Of a stretch of 64,000 nt of DNA, positions 40,170-50,749 are shown piece after piece; position 1 is the stretch's first letter, and each line of letters opens with the position of its first letter. Location of the stretch: assembly GCA_918797485.1 (NCBI GenBank), contig CAKKNE010000005.1:1364001-1428000 (forward strand). Reading direction: 5' to 3'. The stretch comes from Pelagomonas calceolata (lineage: Eukaryota). The notes beneath the pieces are model-generated. The model had not been told where the DNA came from and searched no databases. It saw only the letters and a program-made list of their open reading frames with translations. The translations under genes were made by a program, and so were the position numbers.

Positions 40170-41945
40170 ATGACCACGGAGCTCAACCGCGACGCGCCCC
40201 TCTACGAGGCCGAGCTGCCCGTCCGTCTTGTTGGAGAGGACGCGGCCGTCGTCGAGGGCGAGCGCCAACTCACGATCCGCCTCCTCGAGGGCACGCGGCC
40301 GTTAGGACAGACGGAGACGCCAGTCCCCAATTCGAGCGACGGCGCGGCGGGCCGCGAAAGACTACTTCATTTAGAAGTGGCCGACGCCCAGGACCCCTAC
40401 TTTCTCTATGCTCTAGCGGTCGGCGAGGGCGACTTTCACGCGATGAGGCGGGAGCACGCGTTACTCGTGGACTTCGCGGCCTTCCCCCAGCACTTTGTGG
40501 ATTTGCTCAAAAGGTGCGAGGGGCCCCAACGAGGGGAATCTACTTTTTGTGCTGCTCTGGAGAGGCCGTGGCGAGGGGCCGCGAAGTTCGCGGTCGTCGA
40601 GGCCAACGCCTTCAAGCAGGTCGAGCACGTCGGTTTAGGTGTGGTTCAGGGTGACGACCACATGCTGAAGGCCTATCTGGCGGGTCGACTCGCTCAGGCT
40701 TTGTTAGATAATAGACGGTCCGTGCAAGCTTTACAAGAAACAACCCTAAAGCGCGATAGCAACGGCGACGAGGTCCAGCAGTTGTTGTCGGAGAAAGAAG
40801 CGCTAGAAGATCAATTGAGAGAGCACGCGGCGTCAGCTGCTGCTCAATTGCGAGAAGCTGAAGCTACGTATAAGAGTCGGGAGGCCGACGCCGTCGCGCA
40901 AGCGCGGAAGATCGCGGCCGACGAACTGAGGGCTGAGCGGGACCGGTCCCAGCAGCAGGCCGACGCCGCGCGGACGGCGCTCTTCGACGCGCGCGAGCGC
41001 GCCGACGCGGCCGAGATTAGATCTAGGGAGGCGGAGGCGACATCAGCTCAGGCCCGGTCGGCGCTGGAAGCCACGAAAGTGCGCGTCGAGGCCACGGATG
41101 CTGAGAACGCTAGACAAGCGGAAGCCTTGAGGTGCGCGGAGCAAGAGCGCGACGGCGCCGTCGCGACGTCACGAGGCCTGGAGATCCGACTCGCTGCTTT
41201 AGAACAGCGGGCGGAAAATGCGGAGGACACGGTGAAGCGCGCCGACGCTGCTAGAAAGCTCGCGGACGAGGCGTCGCAGCGCGACGCGGATCTGAGGGAA
41301 GATTTGAAGAGGCGATTGGAGAACCGGGAGCAGCAGCTCCAAGCTGCTGCTGCCGAAATCACGCGGGGCAACGCCATCATCGAAAGGCTGTCGGAGCAAG
41401 CGCGAGCGCAACAGCAGAAACTACGGTTAAGGGCAGACGTCGTAAAACAGCAGGAGCGCCGCGTCGCCGACGCGCGCCGCGACCTCGATTCGGCAAAGCA
41501 CGAGAAGGAGCTCGCCGTCGCCGACAGTCGTAGAGAGCAGGACAAGCGCCAGCAGGCCGAGAAAGATTTGGAGCAGGCCAATAAGAAGCTCGACGAGGCG
41601 GCGGATCTCCTCGAGCACAACCAGCGCGTGATCCAGTGGTTGAATTCGGAGCTGCATGAACATCAAGTTGGAAGTAGGAAGACGGCGATGCCTTCCGTCG
41701 TCTCGCCGGGTGACGTCACAGCCACCAAAGATCTCACGGGCGAATCGGCTCCGGATGACTCTGTGGATGCGGCGGCGGACTACTTCGCCAAGTATGGTGG
41801 CGTTTCGAGTGAGGCGGACACGGCCTCTTCCGCAAAAGACTCGTCGTTCCTGGGACGGAGCGGGAGCGGAAGCCAGTCGTTCCTGCGCGAGCCCGGCGAT
41901 CGGGCCGGAGAGGACTACGCGCAGGCGCCGGCCGCCTTCTTCTAG
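40170..41945 (+). CDS. SAS6: Centriole cartwheel protein SAS-6
   Basis: DPYFLY...DF..MRREHALLVDFAAFP..FVDLLKRC, FKQVEH, a long coiled coil and NQRVIQWLN. Confidence 0.92.
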   Translation: MTTELNRDAPLYEAELPVRLVGEDAAVVEGERQLTIRLLEGTRPLGQTETPVPNSSDGAAGRERLLHLEVADAQDPYFLYALAVGEGDFHAMRREHALLVDFAAFPQHFVDLLKRCEGPQRGESTFCAALERPWRGAAKFAVVEANAFKQVEHVGLGVVQGDDHMLKAYLAGRLAQALLDNRRSVQALQETTLKRDSNGDEVQQLLSEKEALEDQLREHAASAAAQLREAEATYKSREADAVAQARKIAADELRAERDRSQQQADAARTALFDARERADAAEIRSREAEATSAQARSALEATKVRVEATDAENARQAEALRCAEQERDGAVATSRGLEIRLAALEQRAENAEDTVKRADAARKLADEASQRDADLREDLKRRLENREQQLQAAAAEITRGNAIIERLSEQARAQQQKLRLRADVVKQQERRVADARRDLDSAKHEKELAVADSRREQDKRQQAEKDLEQANKKLDEAADLLEHNQRVIQWLNSELHEHQVGSRKTAMPSVVSPGDVTATKDLTGESAPDDSVDAAADYFAKYGGVSSEADTASSAKDSSFLGRSGSGSQSFLREPGDRAGEDYAQAPAAFF

Positions 41946-42060
41946 GAGCCTCCCCACCCCCTTGATAAATTTTGGCTCCTAGTTATGTAGCGGGTGCGCG
42001 GCCTGTCATGGACACCGTACGACGACGCCGTCGAGCCGGCGCCAAGAAAACAACAAAAAG

Positions 42061-43218
42061 CTACTTATCAACGGACGGGGGACACCTACCGCACGTCCGC
42101 TTGTGGTGCAGGCGCCGCCAGTCGTCCTCCTGGCACGCCCTCGAGCAGTAGTGCGCGTCCTTGCAGCGCGCGCACCGTAGGAATTTCGCCGCGTCGGACT
42201 CCAGAATATCACAGCTCCGGAGGTGGCACTTCCGCCGCCCGTCCACCACGTGCTTGACGTGCACCGGCGCGAGCGGGTCGTCAGCGGTTTTCGTCGCCAG
42301 CGCGTCCTCGAGCGAGAGCTTGGCCGTGCACGCCAGGGCCGCGAAACCGTCACGGGGCGCCTCGGCAATCTCAAATTGTAGATGCGTGACGTCCCGCGCG
42401 GGCCACGCGCGCGCGCGCGCTTCTGCCGCTTTTAAACCTGGGGTGGTGGTGTGCACCTCGCTCTTGACGCGCTTCACCTCCGCCGCCAAGACGTGAGAGT
42501 GGGCGATGACCGCCTCCCACGACACACCGATTTTCTGAAGACACTGCGTCACGTGCACGACGACGTAGGGCGTCCTGATTTCCGCTCTCGTCAGCGCGAA
42601 GCCCTCTCCCCCAATAACGTGGGCGAAGTCGTATACACATGATTCGGACGCCGTCAGGTCCTCGTCGTAGCCCAATAGTATCTTGCCGTCTCGTTTGACT
42701 CCATTCGCGATCCGCTCGTCGTACGCGGTGCGGCCTAGCCACTCCAAACCAAGACAGACGCAGTAGAGCGACGCGGCGAAAGTCGCGGCGTCGTCTTGTC
42801 GAGACTGCGCGAGCTCGGCGTCGTCAAGGACCTCCAGTAAATCATCTGAAGATGATGCGTGCGCGATCGCCGCGCCTCGCCGCAAATACACAACAACAGC
42901 TACACAAGGCGCGACGGCGGCGAGCCACTCATCAGGGGAATCCTCGAGACGACGCCGGAATTCTGAAGGGGCGTGCTTCAATAATGAAAGGTGGAGTGAG
43001 AAGCGCTGCAGGGGAGTCAGCTTCTCGAACCGTTGCGAGAGCTCGCGGAAGAGCGCGGAACTTAGTATGACGTCGGCGCGCTCCGAGACAGAGGTGACGA
43101 AGGCCGCGTGCGGCTCGACGTGCGCGGCGAGCGTCGGCGTCGCGTCCATGGGCAGCAGCACTTCTACTAATTGCTGGGCAGCCTCGGCGGCGCTGCTGCT
43201 GCCTTCATCTTGGTCCAT
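42061..43218 (-). CDS. MYND zinc-finger protein
   Basis: C-terminal C..C...CARCKDAHYCSRACQEDDWRRLHHKRTC. Confidence 0.85.
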   Translation of the reverse strand: MDQDEGSSSAAEAAQQLVEVLLPMDATPTLAAHVEPHAAFVTSVSERADVILSSALFRELSQRFEKLTPLQRFSLHLSLLKHAPSEFRRRLEDSPDEWLAAVAPCVAVVVYLRRGAAIAHASSSDDLLEVLDDAELAQSRQDDAATFAASLYCVCLGLEWLGRTAYDERIANGVKRDGKILLGYDEDLTASESCVYDFAHVIGGEGFALTRAEIRTPYVVVHVTQCLQKIGVSWEAVIAHSHVLAAEVKRVKSEVHTTTPGLKAAEARARAWPARDVTHLQFEIAEAPRDGFAALACTAKLSLEDALATKTADDPLAPVHVKHVVDGRRKCHLRSCDILESDAAKFLRCARCKDAHYCSRACQEDDWRRLHHKRTCGRCPPSVDK

Positions 43219-43513
43219 TGCGGCGTTTCCGTCGCTGCTTTGCGTTTTTGGGGCACAGCAGCGCCGATCGCCCGCTGATCGATTTTCCGGTCCTCTGCTG
43301 CCACCGAGGTATAAAGGTACCGTACCGATACCTTACCTCGCTGGCAACAAGCAAAGTAGCTGTGGCTGCCCGTGGCTTTAGCATTGTAACTCACTGTGCT
43401 GCAAAAACTCGCATAGTTCCTTCTGCTGACAAGATGCCGACAAGCTCCGCCCGACGGCCTCGAAGGTCCCGGACTACTCGCGCGCGACCGACTGAGACTA
43501 TTCCATAAATTAA

Positions 43514-44614
43514 TCACACCGTCGGCATCGACAGCCCGAGGTCGATCTTGAACGCCGCGCCGTCCACCGGATTCATCATGTGCGTCAGTAATGATGGGGG
43601 CGGGCTCCGCGAGAACCAGACGCAGTCCGAGCACGTACGAGCTTTCGCCGGGTCGACGGCGAGCGCGAGGCGCAGGCTCCGCGACAGGCTCCCGGTCGAC
43701 TCCGCGGAGGGGTTCAGCAGTATCGACGGCGCGCGGAAGAACCCAGCGTCTCCGTCAGGATTCTTCTCGAGGCGCTGGAACCGCCCCTGGGCCGAGCAGC
43801 CGAACTTCACGTGGTCGTCGGAGACCACGCAAACAAGTAATGTGGAGGGGTGCGCCCGGCAGTACCGCGCCGCGAGCGACGCGACGGCCTCGTCGTATAA
43901 AATGGACGACGCGAAGTAGTCCTCGTATTTCGGCGCGCCCTCGAGCCCCTCGTAGCGCTTCTTGTACGTCCGCGCGACCACTCGCTCGGCCCAGACGTCA
44001 AAGGCCGCCGTCTGCTTCGGGTAGCGCACGAAGGCGCCGACGTCATCCACATAGGCGTTCCGTTGCTGCTCCGACAGGGCCGCGATGCCGCCCGACCGCT
44101 GGACCGCGCCCATGACTTCCGCCTGCACGCCGAGCGGCACGAGGTCGCAGCGCGTCCTTTGCTGTAAATCGGCGATGGGTTGGAGGAAGTCGACGGAGTC
44201 CGAGACGGAGGGCCAGCTCGCCGCGTCTCTGAGTTGACTCCCGAGCGGCATCGCGTCGAGGCCGACGGCGACGGGCCGCTTCGCCGCGGACGCGAATTTT
44301 GAGGCTAAATCGGCAGCTAACGCGTAGTCCTCCGGGTCGTTCCGCTTGACTCCCAACAAAACGGCGTCGGCGCCGTCGGCCAGGCTCTTCAGCAGCTTCG
44401 GCGCGGCGCGCTGCTCGTAGGGCTGCATGAGCGGCGGGTCGCCCTTGAGGATGCGGTAGGCCAGCGGCCGCGGCGACCGCACCTCCTCCACGGCTCGGGC
44501 TGGCCCGGCCAAGCCCAGCGCCGCGGCGGCACCGGCTTGCCGCCGTGTTATCCTCAGCGCTCGCGTGCTGCAACATGCGAGCAGAATTGTTATTCTTCGT
44601 CGTGGACGCGTCAT
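43514..44614 (-). CDS. Thylakoid-lumen-targeted ChaN/DUF399 (Tiki superfamily)-like protein
   Basis: Signal peptide, twin-Arg motif TRRQAGAAAALGLAGPARA, and a degenerate ChaN-like pattern (VAVGLDAM, ILYDEAVAS, DHVKFG). Confidence 0.55.
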   Translation of the reverse strand: MTRPRRRITILLACCSTRALRITRRQAGAAAALGLAGPARAVEEVRSPRPLAYRILKGDPPLMQPYEQRAAPKLLKSLADGADAVLLGVKRNDPEDYALAADLASKFASAAKRPVAVGLDAMPLGSQLRDAASWPSVSDSVDFLQPIADLQQRTRCDLVPLGVQAEVMGAVQRSGGIAALSEQQRNAYVDDVGAFVRYPKQTAAFDVWAERVVARTYKKRYEGLEGAPKYEDYFASSILYDEAVASLAARYCRAHPSTLLVCVVSDDHVKFGCSAQGRFQRLEKNPDGDAGFFRAPSILLNPSAESTGSLSRSLRLALAVDPAKARTCSDCVWFSRSPPPSLLTHMMNPVDGAAFKIDLGLSMPTV

Positions 44615-44781
44615 TGCTGCTCTGAGTAAGTTGAGCTAGATCTCTGGCTTCGGCTGGGCGTCCTCCAGCGAGGCTGCTCGCGTCACGCAGCTGCCGCGTG
44701 CAAATAATGCGTATGAGACGGCTCGCAGGTCGCGCTGTCGCGGCAAGACGGGCGCGCCGCGGCTGAGGGTTGCCAAGACAG

Positions 44782-44802
44782 CTAGCGGCTGTAAGACATT
44801 AG
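44782..44802 (+). promoter_or_regulatory. CTAG-bounded promoter element
   Basis: CTAGCGGCTGTAAGACATTAG in a divergent gap. Confidence 0.65.
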
Positions 44803-44945
44803 CCCCAGGCTTATTTTTGAGTCTCCTGCCGGCATAATAGGCCAGAGCGCCCGTCACGTGGAAATAAACTGTCCTGGACGTACTTCGATCGGGGAGGCAG
44901 CACCCGCGCTCCGGAAAAACTCCGGGGGGCAGCCCAAGTTCAAAC

Positions 44946-46523
44946 ATGGATCTCTTCTCACAAGCCCAGGTCGACGCGCTGCGACGACTTAAGGATGCGT
45001 TCGAGCAGAAACTACTCGACGAGGACGAGTACAAGGCTGAGAAAGCCAAAGTCCTCAACGCGACACCGGCCGCTGCGCCGGCGCCGGCCGAAGACGACTT
45101 CGAGCTGGTCGGCGTGCAGACGCCGGCCGAGCGCGCCGCCGAGTCGCGGCGCCGCGCCGAGGCCGAGGGCAATGTTGTCGAGATCGACGACGACGAGCCT
45201 GCGGCGCCCGCACCGCCACCGCCCGCGAGGAAGAAACCTGCTGCGAGGCCCGACGCGCGCCCTACCCCACGCCACGAGGAGCCGGTCATGCTCCGATGCC
45301 GCCGCGTCTACTTCGGCACGGCCCTGCGGCGCGACGTCTCGGTCGTCTTCGCGCCGTCCTGCATCACGATGGTGTGGCGGAGCGACACGTCGCGACTCTA
45401 CATCGAGACTAGGCTCGCAGCATCCCACATGACCTCGTTCAATATGTACCATCGATCCCACAACGTTCGCGCGGGCGACAACGCCGCACTGGATGACTTT
45501 GTCGCCATCGGCCTGCGCCAGGCGCCGCCGCACCTCCGCTCCATCGAAGGCTTCGAGCCCACGGACGACGCGGGCCCACGCAAGTACATCGTCATTGTCC
45601 TCGAAGGTGACGCTCTCGCGACCTTCAAGCTCAAGGCGGTGCCGGCCGTCATCTGGGGTGGTCACGCCGGCTGGCCCGCAGCGCCCGTCATTGGCACCGT
45701 AGCAGCGGCGCGGCCGCTACTCGAGGGCGTCGCCGCCGCTGATGCTGCGGCGGGCTTCGTCGTCCCGCCGGTCATCCAGTCATACACGCGGCGCGCCCCT
45801 GACGACGACGCGGCGCCCGCCGCGCCGCCGGTGCGCCCGCGGCTCGGACAGACGAGGGAGGAGGTCGTCGTTGTGCGGTGGAGACCGAAGCCCGCCAGGA
45901 AGGACATCGTGCCGCTGACGACGGCGGAGAAGGCCGCCGTGCTGCACGCCATCGCGCAGTTAGATGGCAAGGCGACGCAGAGGAAGGTCCGCCGCGCGGC
46001 CGAGTCGGCTTTGGGTGCCCCGGAGGGCGCCCTGGACGCGAAGAAGGCCGCGGTCAAGGAGGTCTGCGAGGACGAGATGGCGAAGCAAGCATCGGAGTCC
46101 GCGCCGCCGCCGCTCGGCCGTCCGGCGGCCGGCGAGCGGCACGACCGCGCCTACCGGGACGCCGTGAGCGCATTCCCGGGCATGGCGGCCCACCGGCGCC
46201 CGGCCGCGCCCCCCGTCGCCGGGGCGCCGCCGCTGCGCCGGCGCGACGGACCGTCCGTGGGGGATATGCTGGAGGCCAAGCGACGCAAGATCGATAAGCC
46301 CGCCGACACGCCGCAGGGCCTCACGGCGTGCTTCGCCGCCTTCTACCCGGGCAGCCCCAACAAGGCCAAGTTCGAGCGCTTCGCGGCGGAACACGACATC
46401 AGACCAGAATTTTTACTTGCCTTGCCCGCGAGCAAATGCGAGGATTTGCTCCAGAAGCACGGCTTCGAGGGCGTCGTCGTCTTCACGTTCCAGAGCCGCC
46501 TCCGGGAAGTCTGTCTAGGATGA
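44946..46523 (+). CDS. Hypothetical nuclear protein with a SHOCT-like N-terminus and DEK-C-like helix bundle
   Basis: LRRLKDAFEQKLLDEDEYKAEKAKVL; ATQRKVRRAAESALG....LDAKKAAVKEVC. Confidence 0.55.
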   Translation: MDLFSQAQVDALRRLKDAFEQKLLDEDEYKAEKAKVLNATPAAAPAPAEDDFELVGVQTPAERAAESRRRAEAEGNVVEIDDDEPAAPAPPPPARKKPAARPDARPTPRHEEPVMLRCRRVYFGTALRRDVSVVFAPSCITMVWRSDTSRLYIETRLAASHMTSFNMYHRSHNVRAGDNAALDDFVAIGLRQAPPHLRSIEGFEPTDDAGPRKYIVIVLEGDALATFKLKAVPAVIWGGHAGWPAAPVIGTVAAARPLLEGVAAADAAAGFVVPPVIQSYTRRAPDDDAAPAAPPVRPRLGQTREEVVVVRWRPKPARKDIVPLTTAEKAAVLHAIAQLDGKATQRKVRRAAESALGAPEGALDAKKAAVKEVCEDEMAKQASESAPPPLGRPAAGERHDRAYRDAVSAFPGMAAHRRPAAPPVAGAPPLRRRDGPSVGDMLEAKRRKIDKPADTPQGLTACFAAFYPGSPNKAKFERFAAEHDIRPEFLLALPASKCEDLLQKHGFEGVVVFTFQSRLREVCLG

Positions 46524-46606
46524 TGTATATTTACGACTTCAATCATATATCCCCGCCGCCGTAGCGACGACAGGGGTGGGGAACACGAAAGGGGGAAACA
46601 GAGAAC

Positions 46607-48337
46607 TCAGCGCGACGTCTCGAGCTCGCCCGCCGGCGCGGCCATTTCATCATCACCGTCGGGCGGCGCCAGGCCGCCGTCGATCGCCGCCTGCGCCTGG
46701 ATCTTCGCGCGCAGCTCCTCCTCGAGCTCGTCGCGTAGGCGCTGGTTCGCCTCGACCTCGGGATCCAGCTCATCCTCGACCTCCGCGACGACCGCCTCCT
46801 CTTCAACGACCTCCGGCTGCCGCCGCCAGAACGTCAGCAACCCGCCTCTCCTCTTGACCTTCGTCTCCTGGAAACTTCCGGACGTCGCCTTCTCCGGCAG
46901 CTTGCCCAGCAAGACGCGCTGCAGCACGCGCAACGGCAATAATAACACACTCGAACCGGCGTCCACGGCCTTGGCCGCAGTAGCGGTAATGACAATGCCT
47001 TTCCCCGCGACCATGCCCGGCCCCTGCTTCATCCGCTTGAGCTCCTCCTTCTTGTTCTGGTAGGCCGTGATCGCACCAATCACCTTGAGCGTCGGGCAGG
47101 GGGACTTGGGCTGATTGGCCGGCGGCCACTCGGCGCCGGTCACGATCGTACTGTACTTGAACAGGTCCGAGGCCGTGTCCTGGTTGAGCACTTTGTCGGA
47201 CTGGTCGTTCTCGTAGATCGAATCCCAGCCGCCGCCCGCGCCGCCGCCGCCCGTGATTTGACCCCCTTTCTCCAATGCCTCGGCGCCGCGGCCCTCGCGC
47301 GGCCCGCCGTTCCAGGACCAGTAGACGCCGGACTTGGCGCAGCGCGGGTCGTGGGCGACCTGGAAGAGGCGCAGGCCCGCCTCTTCTTCGCCGACGAAGC
47401 CTGCGGGGCACGAACGTTCGCGTCGATGGCGTACGGTTCAATTTCCACACCGTATTGTACCTCCAGTAATATACTTCATGAAGACGGGAAAGTACTTCCG
47501 GAACCAGGGCCGCTTCTCTCGGAACAACGGCGACTCCGCGATGCAGCCGGGATAGATGGACGAAAACGAAATGCCCGTCTGCTTGTGGTACTTGTCATGG
47601 AGCAAGTTCGACGTCATCATCAAACAAAGCTTCGAATCTTTATAAGCTTTAGCTCCATCAAAATTGTAGCCGTCGAACATGCTGATGGGATTTTTGGCGC
47701 CGGCCTTCAGGCCTTCCAATTCCTTCAGGTCCGCGATGGGGTAGACGCCCCCGCCGCCCACGGTGTTGTCGTTGCCCGTCACCGAACCCACAAGGATAAC
47801 CCGCGGGTCGCGCGCCCGCACCATGTCCGGCATCAATAACGAGATCATCAGGAAGTGCGACAGGTAATTAATCTGCATCGTCTGCTCGTGGCCGTCCGCG
47901 GACCACTTCGCGTAGGGGAGCGACGGCTGGTAGACGCCCGCGTTGCAGATCAAGCGGTCGATGGGCTTGTTGCAGCGCCATGCATCTAAGTTCTTGCAGA
48001 AGTCCCGGACGGACTCGAACGAGTTCAGTTCGCACTCCATCGCCGTGAACCGGTCCGTGTCAAAGTCCTCGATCTCCGCGACGACGGCCATCTTGTCCAC
48101 ATCCCTCACCGCCCCGACGACGTGGTACTTGCCCGTCCTTACTAAAGCGCGGGCGGTCTTCCTTCCCAAACCAGAACTGGTACCGGTGACCACAACGAGC
48201 TTCTTGTCGCCGAACTTGGCCCGCGCCTCGAGGTCGGCCTTGACGCCGCCGATGGACGGTAGTTTGAAGTTCGAGAACTGCTTAAAGCCCGAGACGGCCG
48301 CCGCCGCCGCGAGGAGCAGCCTCAGGGAGCGCGCCAT
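46607..48337 (-). CDS. POR: Light-dependent NADPH:protochlorophyllide oxidoreductase with C-terminal extension (2 exons, ~556 aa)
   Basis: Exons 48337-47461 and 47400-46607; [32 protein letters not shown] and [20 protein letters not shown]; plastid presequence VSGF. Confidence 0.95.
47401..47460 (-). mobile_element. Decayed introner intron (60 nt) in POR
   Basis: GT donor, 8 nt, then CGGTGTGGAAAT (one mismatch to the family TIR), internal ACGCCATCGACGCGA, and an eroded 3' TIR. Confidence 0.75.
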
Positions 48338-48627
48338 GACGGAGACCTGCGGCGGTGGCGGTTGGGGGTCGCTGCGGGCGGGGGGGGGGGGCGGCCGCGG
48401 GCGTCGTCTCGGGCCGGCGCGCGGGCGTCGCGGGCGCCTCGCCGGCAGATCCGGATCTGGCAGCGTTTGACGTCAAATGCGGCCGCGTCGGCCGCGAACG
48501 TTTTGCTGGGGGCTCACGTCTAGTCCGCTGTTGCTGCTCGACGGGTCGCTTGGCTCTCGGACACTGTTATGTTGCCGCTTTTGCCCGATATTCTCTCCTT
48601 TTGCGGCTACAACTTAGGGATAATCCA

Positions 48628-48648
48628 CTAGCGTCTCAAAGACACTAG
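48628..48648 (+). promoter_or_regulatory. CTAG-bounded promoter element
   Basis: CTAGCGTCTCAAAGACACTAG in the divergent POR/ferredoxin gap. Confidence 0.6.
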
Positions 48649-48976
48649 GCAACTTTCCGCACGCATCTGCGCACTTCTCGGTGCCCATAGCTGCCTCAAC
48701 GGAATCCACCGAGCCATCCAGTTGTCGGCTATCCCGCCAGGTGCTTTTGGGATCTCTGCGGCGACGTTTGACGGGCAAACAGGCGTCCCCAACTTTAGCA
48801 TTTTTAGGCAATTACTGCTTTTAGCAAGCAGCTGTGATTCTCCCGTGCAATAGCCTCCCGTCTCTGCCCCGGTACTTCGAACAAGGCTGCACGTATTTGA
48901 GAAGTCTCGCAGCAGCCGCTGGCACGCCGCGAGCACAAGCAATCCGCACCCCGAGCCCTCCGCGCAACAAAAAGCC

Positions 48977-49594
48977 ATGATCCTGAGGTTCCTCCTATTA
49001 GCAAGCGCCGCGGGCTTCCAATCAAAGCCGCGGCCGCGCCATCCCACCTTGTTACAAGCCAAGACGCTGCAACGCAAGTGGCAGACCGAGCGCACGAAGC
49101 TCGCCGACGACTACGGCGCGCCCACCGACATCGTAGACAAGGGCCTAGCGGGCTCCATCCAAGTCCTGTTCAAGCAGGGCAACGCGACGAAGATGACGCG
49201 CGCCGAGGTCGGCACGCCTCTGTCGGAAGTCGCGTCCCAGGCCGACCAGTTCATAAGGTACAAGTGCAAGAAGGGCGAGTGCGGCACCTGCGAGGTCCAG
49301 GTCAACGGCAAGTGGGTGAGGACGTGCGTCGCCACCGTGCCCTACGTCGAGAACAATCTTTTCGAGGTCACCGTGAAGCCGACGATGATGAAGGGCCAGG
49401 GCAAGGCGTCCAAGTTCTACTCCTTCAAGTCCTTCGTCATGGGCTGGTACAACAACATCCTGGGCATGGTCGGCTTCGTGAAGACGTCGGCGACGGAGGG
49501 CAAGAATTTTCGTGATAGATTAGATGGAGAGGACGAGGTCGCGCGACTGGTTGCCGAGCGCAAGGCGAAGCGCCTCGCTGAATCGAAGCACTAG
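48977..49594 (+). CDS. Plastid-targeted 2Fe-2S ferredoxin-like protein
   Basis: Presequence ASAAGF; CKKGECGTC...C cluster motif. Confidence 0.85.
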   Translation: MILRFLLLASAAGFQSKPRPRHPTLLQAKTLQRKWQTERTKLADDYGAPTDIVDKGLAGSIQVLFKQGNATKMTRAEVGTPLSEVASQADQFIRYKCKKGECGTCEVQVNGKWVRTCVATVPYVENNLFEVTVKPTMMKGQGKASKFYSFKSFVMGWYNNILGMVGFVKTSATEGKNFRDRLDGEDEVARLVAERKAKRLAESKH

Positions 49595-49622
49595 CCGGGG
49601 TGTAATCGGTATCGTATCGCTA

Positions 49623-50303
49623 CTACTTGTACCTAAGGAACCCGACGAGCACGTAGCGCACTCCGTGTACTACGGGCGCGCCGCCGTGCCGCAAATCCCC
49701 GGGGTGCACCAGAGCTTCGCCGACGCGCGGTCTCACGGATGAACCGAGGTTTTCGAAGAACGTGCCCCCTCCACTAAATCCGTCGTTGAGCGGCAGGGAG
49801 AAGGAGTACTCGCTGCCGTCGACGTGCGTTTCAAGCCCTGGGTGGTCGCGGTCGTATTTCACGAGGAAGCAGTCGTTCAGCGACAGGCGCTTCGCGTCGA
49901 GTCCATACACGCCGGCGACGGCCGATATGACATCTCGCTCCAGAAATTCGAAGACGGCCGCTCCCACGTCCAGCAATGACACGGGCACGTCGCGCGTCGG
50001 GTGCCGGTGGTGCCGCATGGTCGTCCAGCCGTGCGCTTCCGCCGCGGCGATCCAGCGTTTGGCGACGGCTCGGTCGAGCGTCGTCTCCACCACATAAGCG
50101 CGACGGTCGACGCCGCGCCAGCATTGATCAGTGTTCGCGGCCCGCGCGTGCTGCGCGCACCAGGCGCGCGGCTTGGCTCCGTATTTGGGTTCCGCGCGGT
50201 CGACGACGAGGACGCCGCCGCCACTGAGCGCCACGCCAATCGATGCACCCACGGTGATGGTCTCCTCGCGCAGCAGCGGCCGCGCCGCTGCGAGCGCGCT
50301 CAT
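49623..50303 (-). CDS. 2OG-Fe(II) dioxygenase, prolyl/lysyl-hydroxylase-like
   Basis: FLVKY..LETHVD.S..S..LPLN..FSGGGT.F...HPG..RHGG..V..GVRYVLVGF. Start 50303 or 50489. Confidence 0.85.
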   Translation of the reverse strand: MSALAAARPLLREETITVGASIGVALSGGGVLVVDRAEPKYGAKPRAWCAQHARAANTDQCWRGVDRRAYVVETTLDRAVAKRWIAAAEAHGWTTMRHHRHPTRDVPVSLLDVGAAVFEFLERDVISAVAGVYGLDAKRLSLNDCFLVKYDRDHPGLETHVDGSEYSFSLPLNDGFSGGGTFFENLGSSVRPRVGEALVHPGDLRHGGAPVVHGVRYVLVGFLRYK

Positions 50304-50749
50304 GGCCACCAATAGCAGCGCCAGAATGAGAGCAGCCCTGCCAGGAATGCCACAGGTGATAGAATGAATGCCACAGGGCCACCAAACCGCGTCTCCGGTA
50401 TGATGGTGGCCCTCGGGCAGCCCCTCTCGTGTCTCCGCGTCTCTGGGCAGCGGGAGGAGCGTACATGTGTTCTGTTTCCGATCAACCATTAGCGGAGTTA
50501 CACTCTAGAAACAAGCCGCGCGAAAAAGCTGTTGCGGGCGCTGGTGCAACGGCGGTGGGCCAAAAATCTCATTAGGCCGCACCGGGCAGCCGTACGAGCG
50601 CACTGGTGGGCGCGCGGCACCGGCCAGCGACAAGCTTGCCTGCCGGTTGGTCACACTGGGCTGCCCTTATGGACCGGCAGCCCCTCGTGGGCGTCGACCG
50701 CGGCCCGGCGAAGTGGACGCCACAGAAAAAAGAAGTACGCAACGGATCG

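Noticed and set aside
40170..41945. Alternating AT-richer and CG-rich patches inside genes, suggestive of nucleosome-scale CpG periodicity
   Set aside because: A period cannot be established by eye; it needs CpG autocorrelation analysis.
237..48337. All resolved introns lie in minus-strand genes
   Set aside because: Only four genes are involved, which is compatible with chance.
48378..48392. Poly-G run upstream of POR
   Set aside because: Simple homopolymer of uncertain length with no supporting context.
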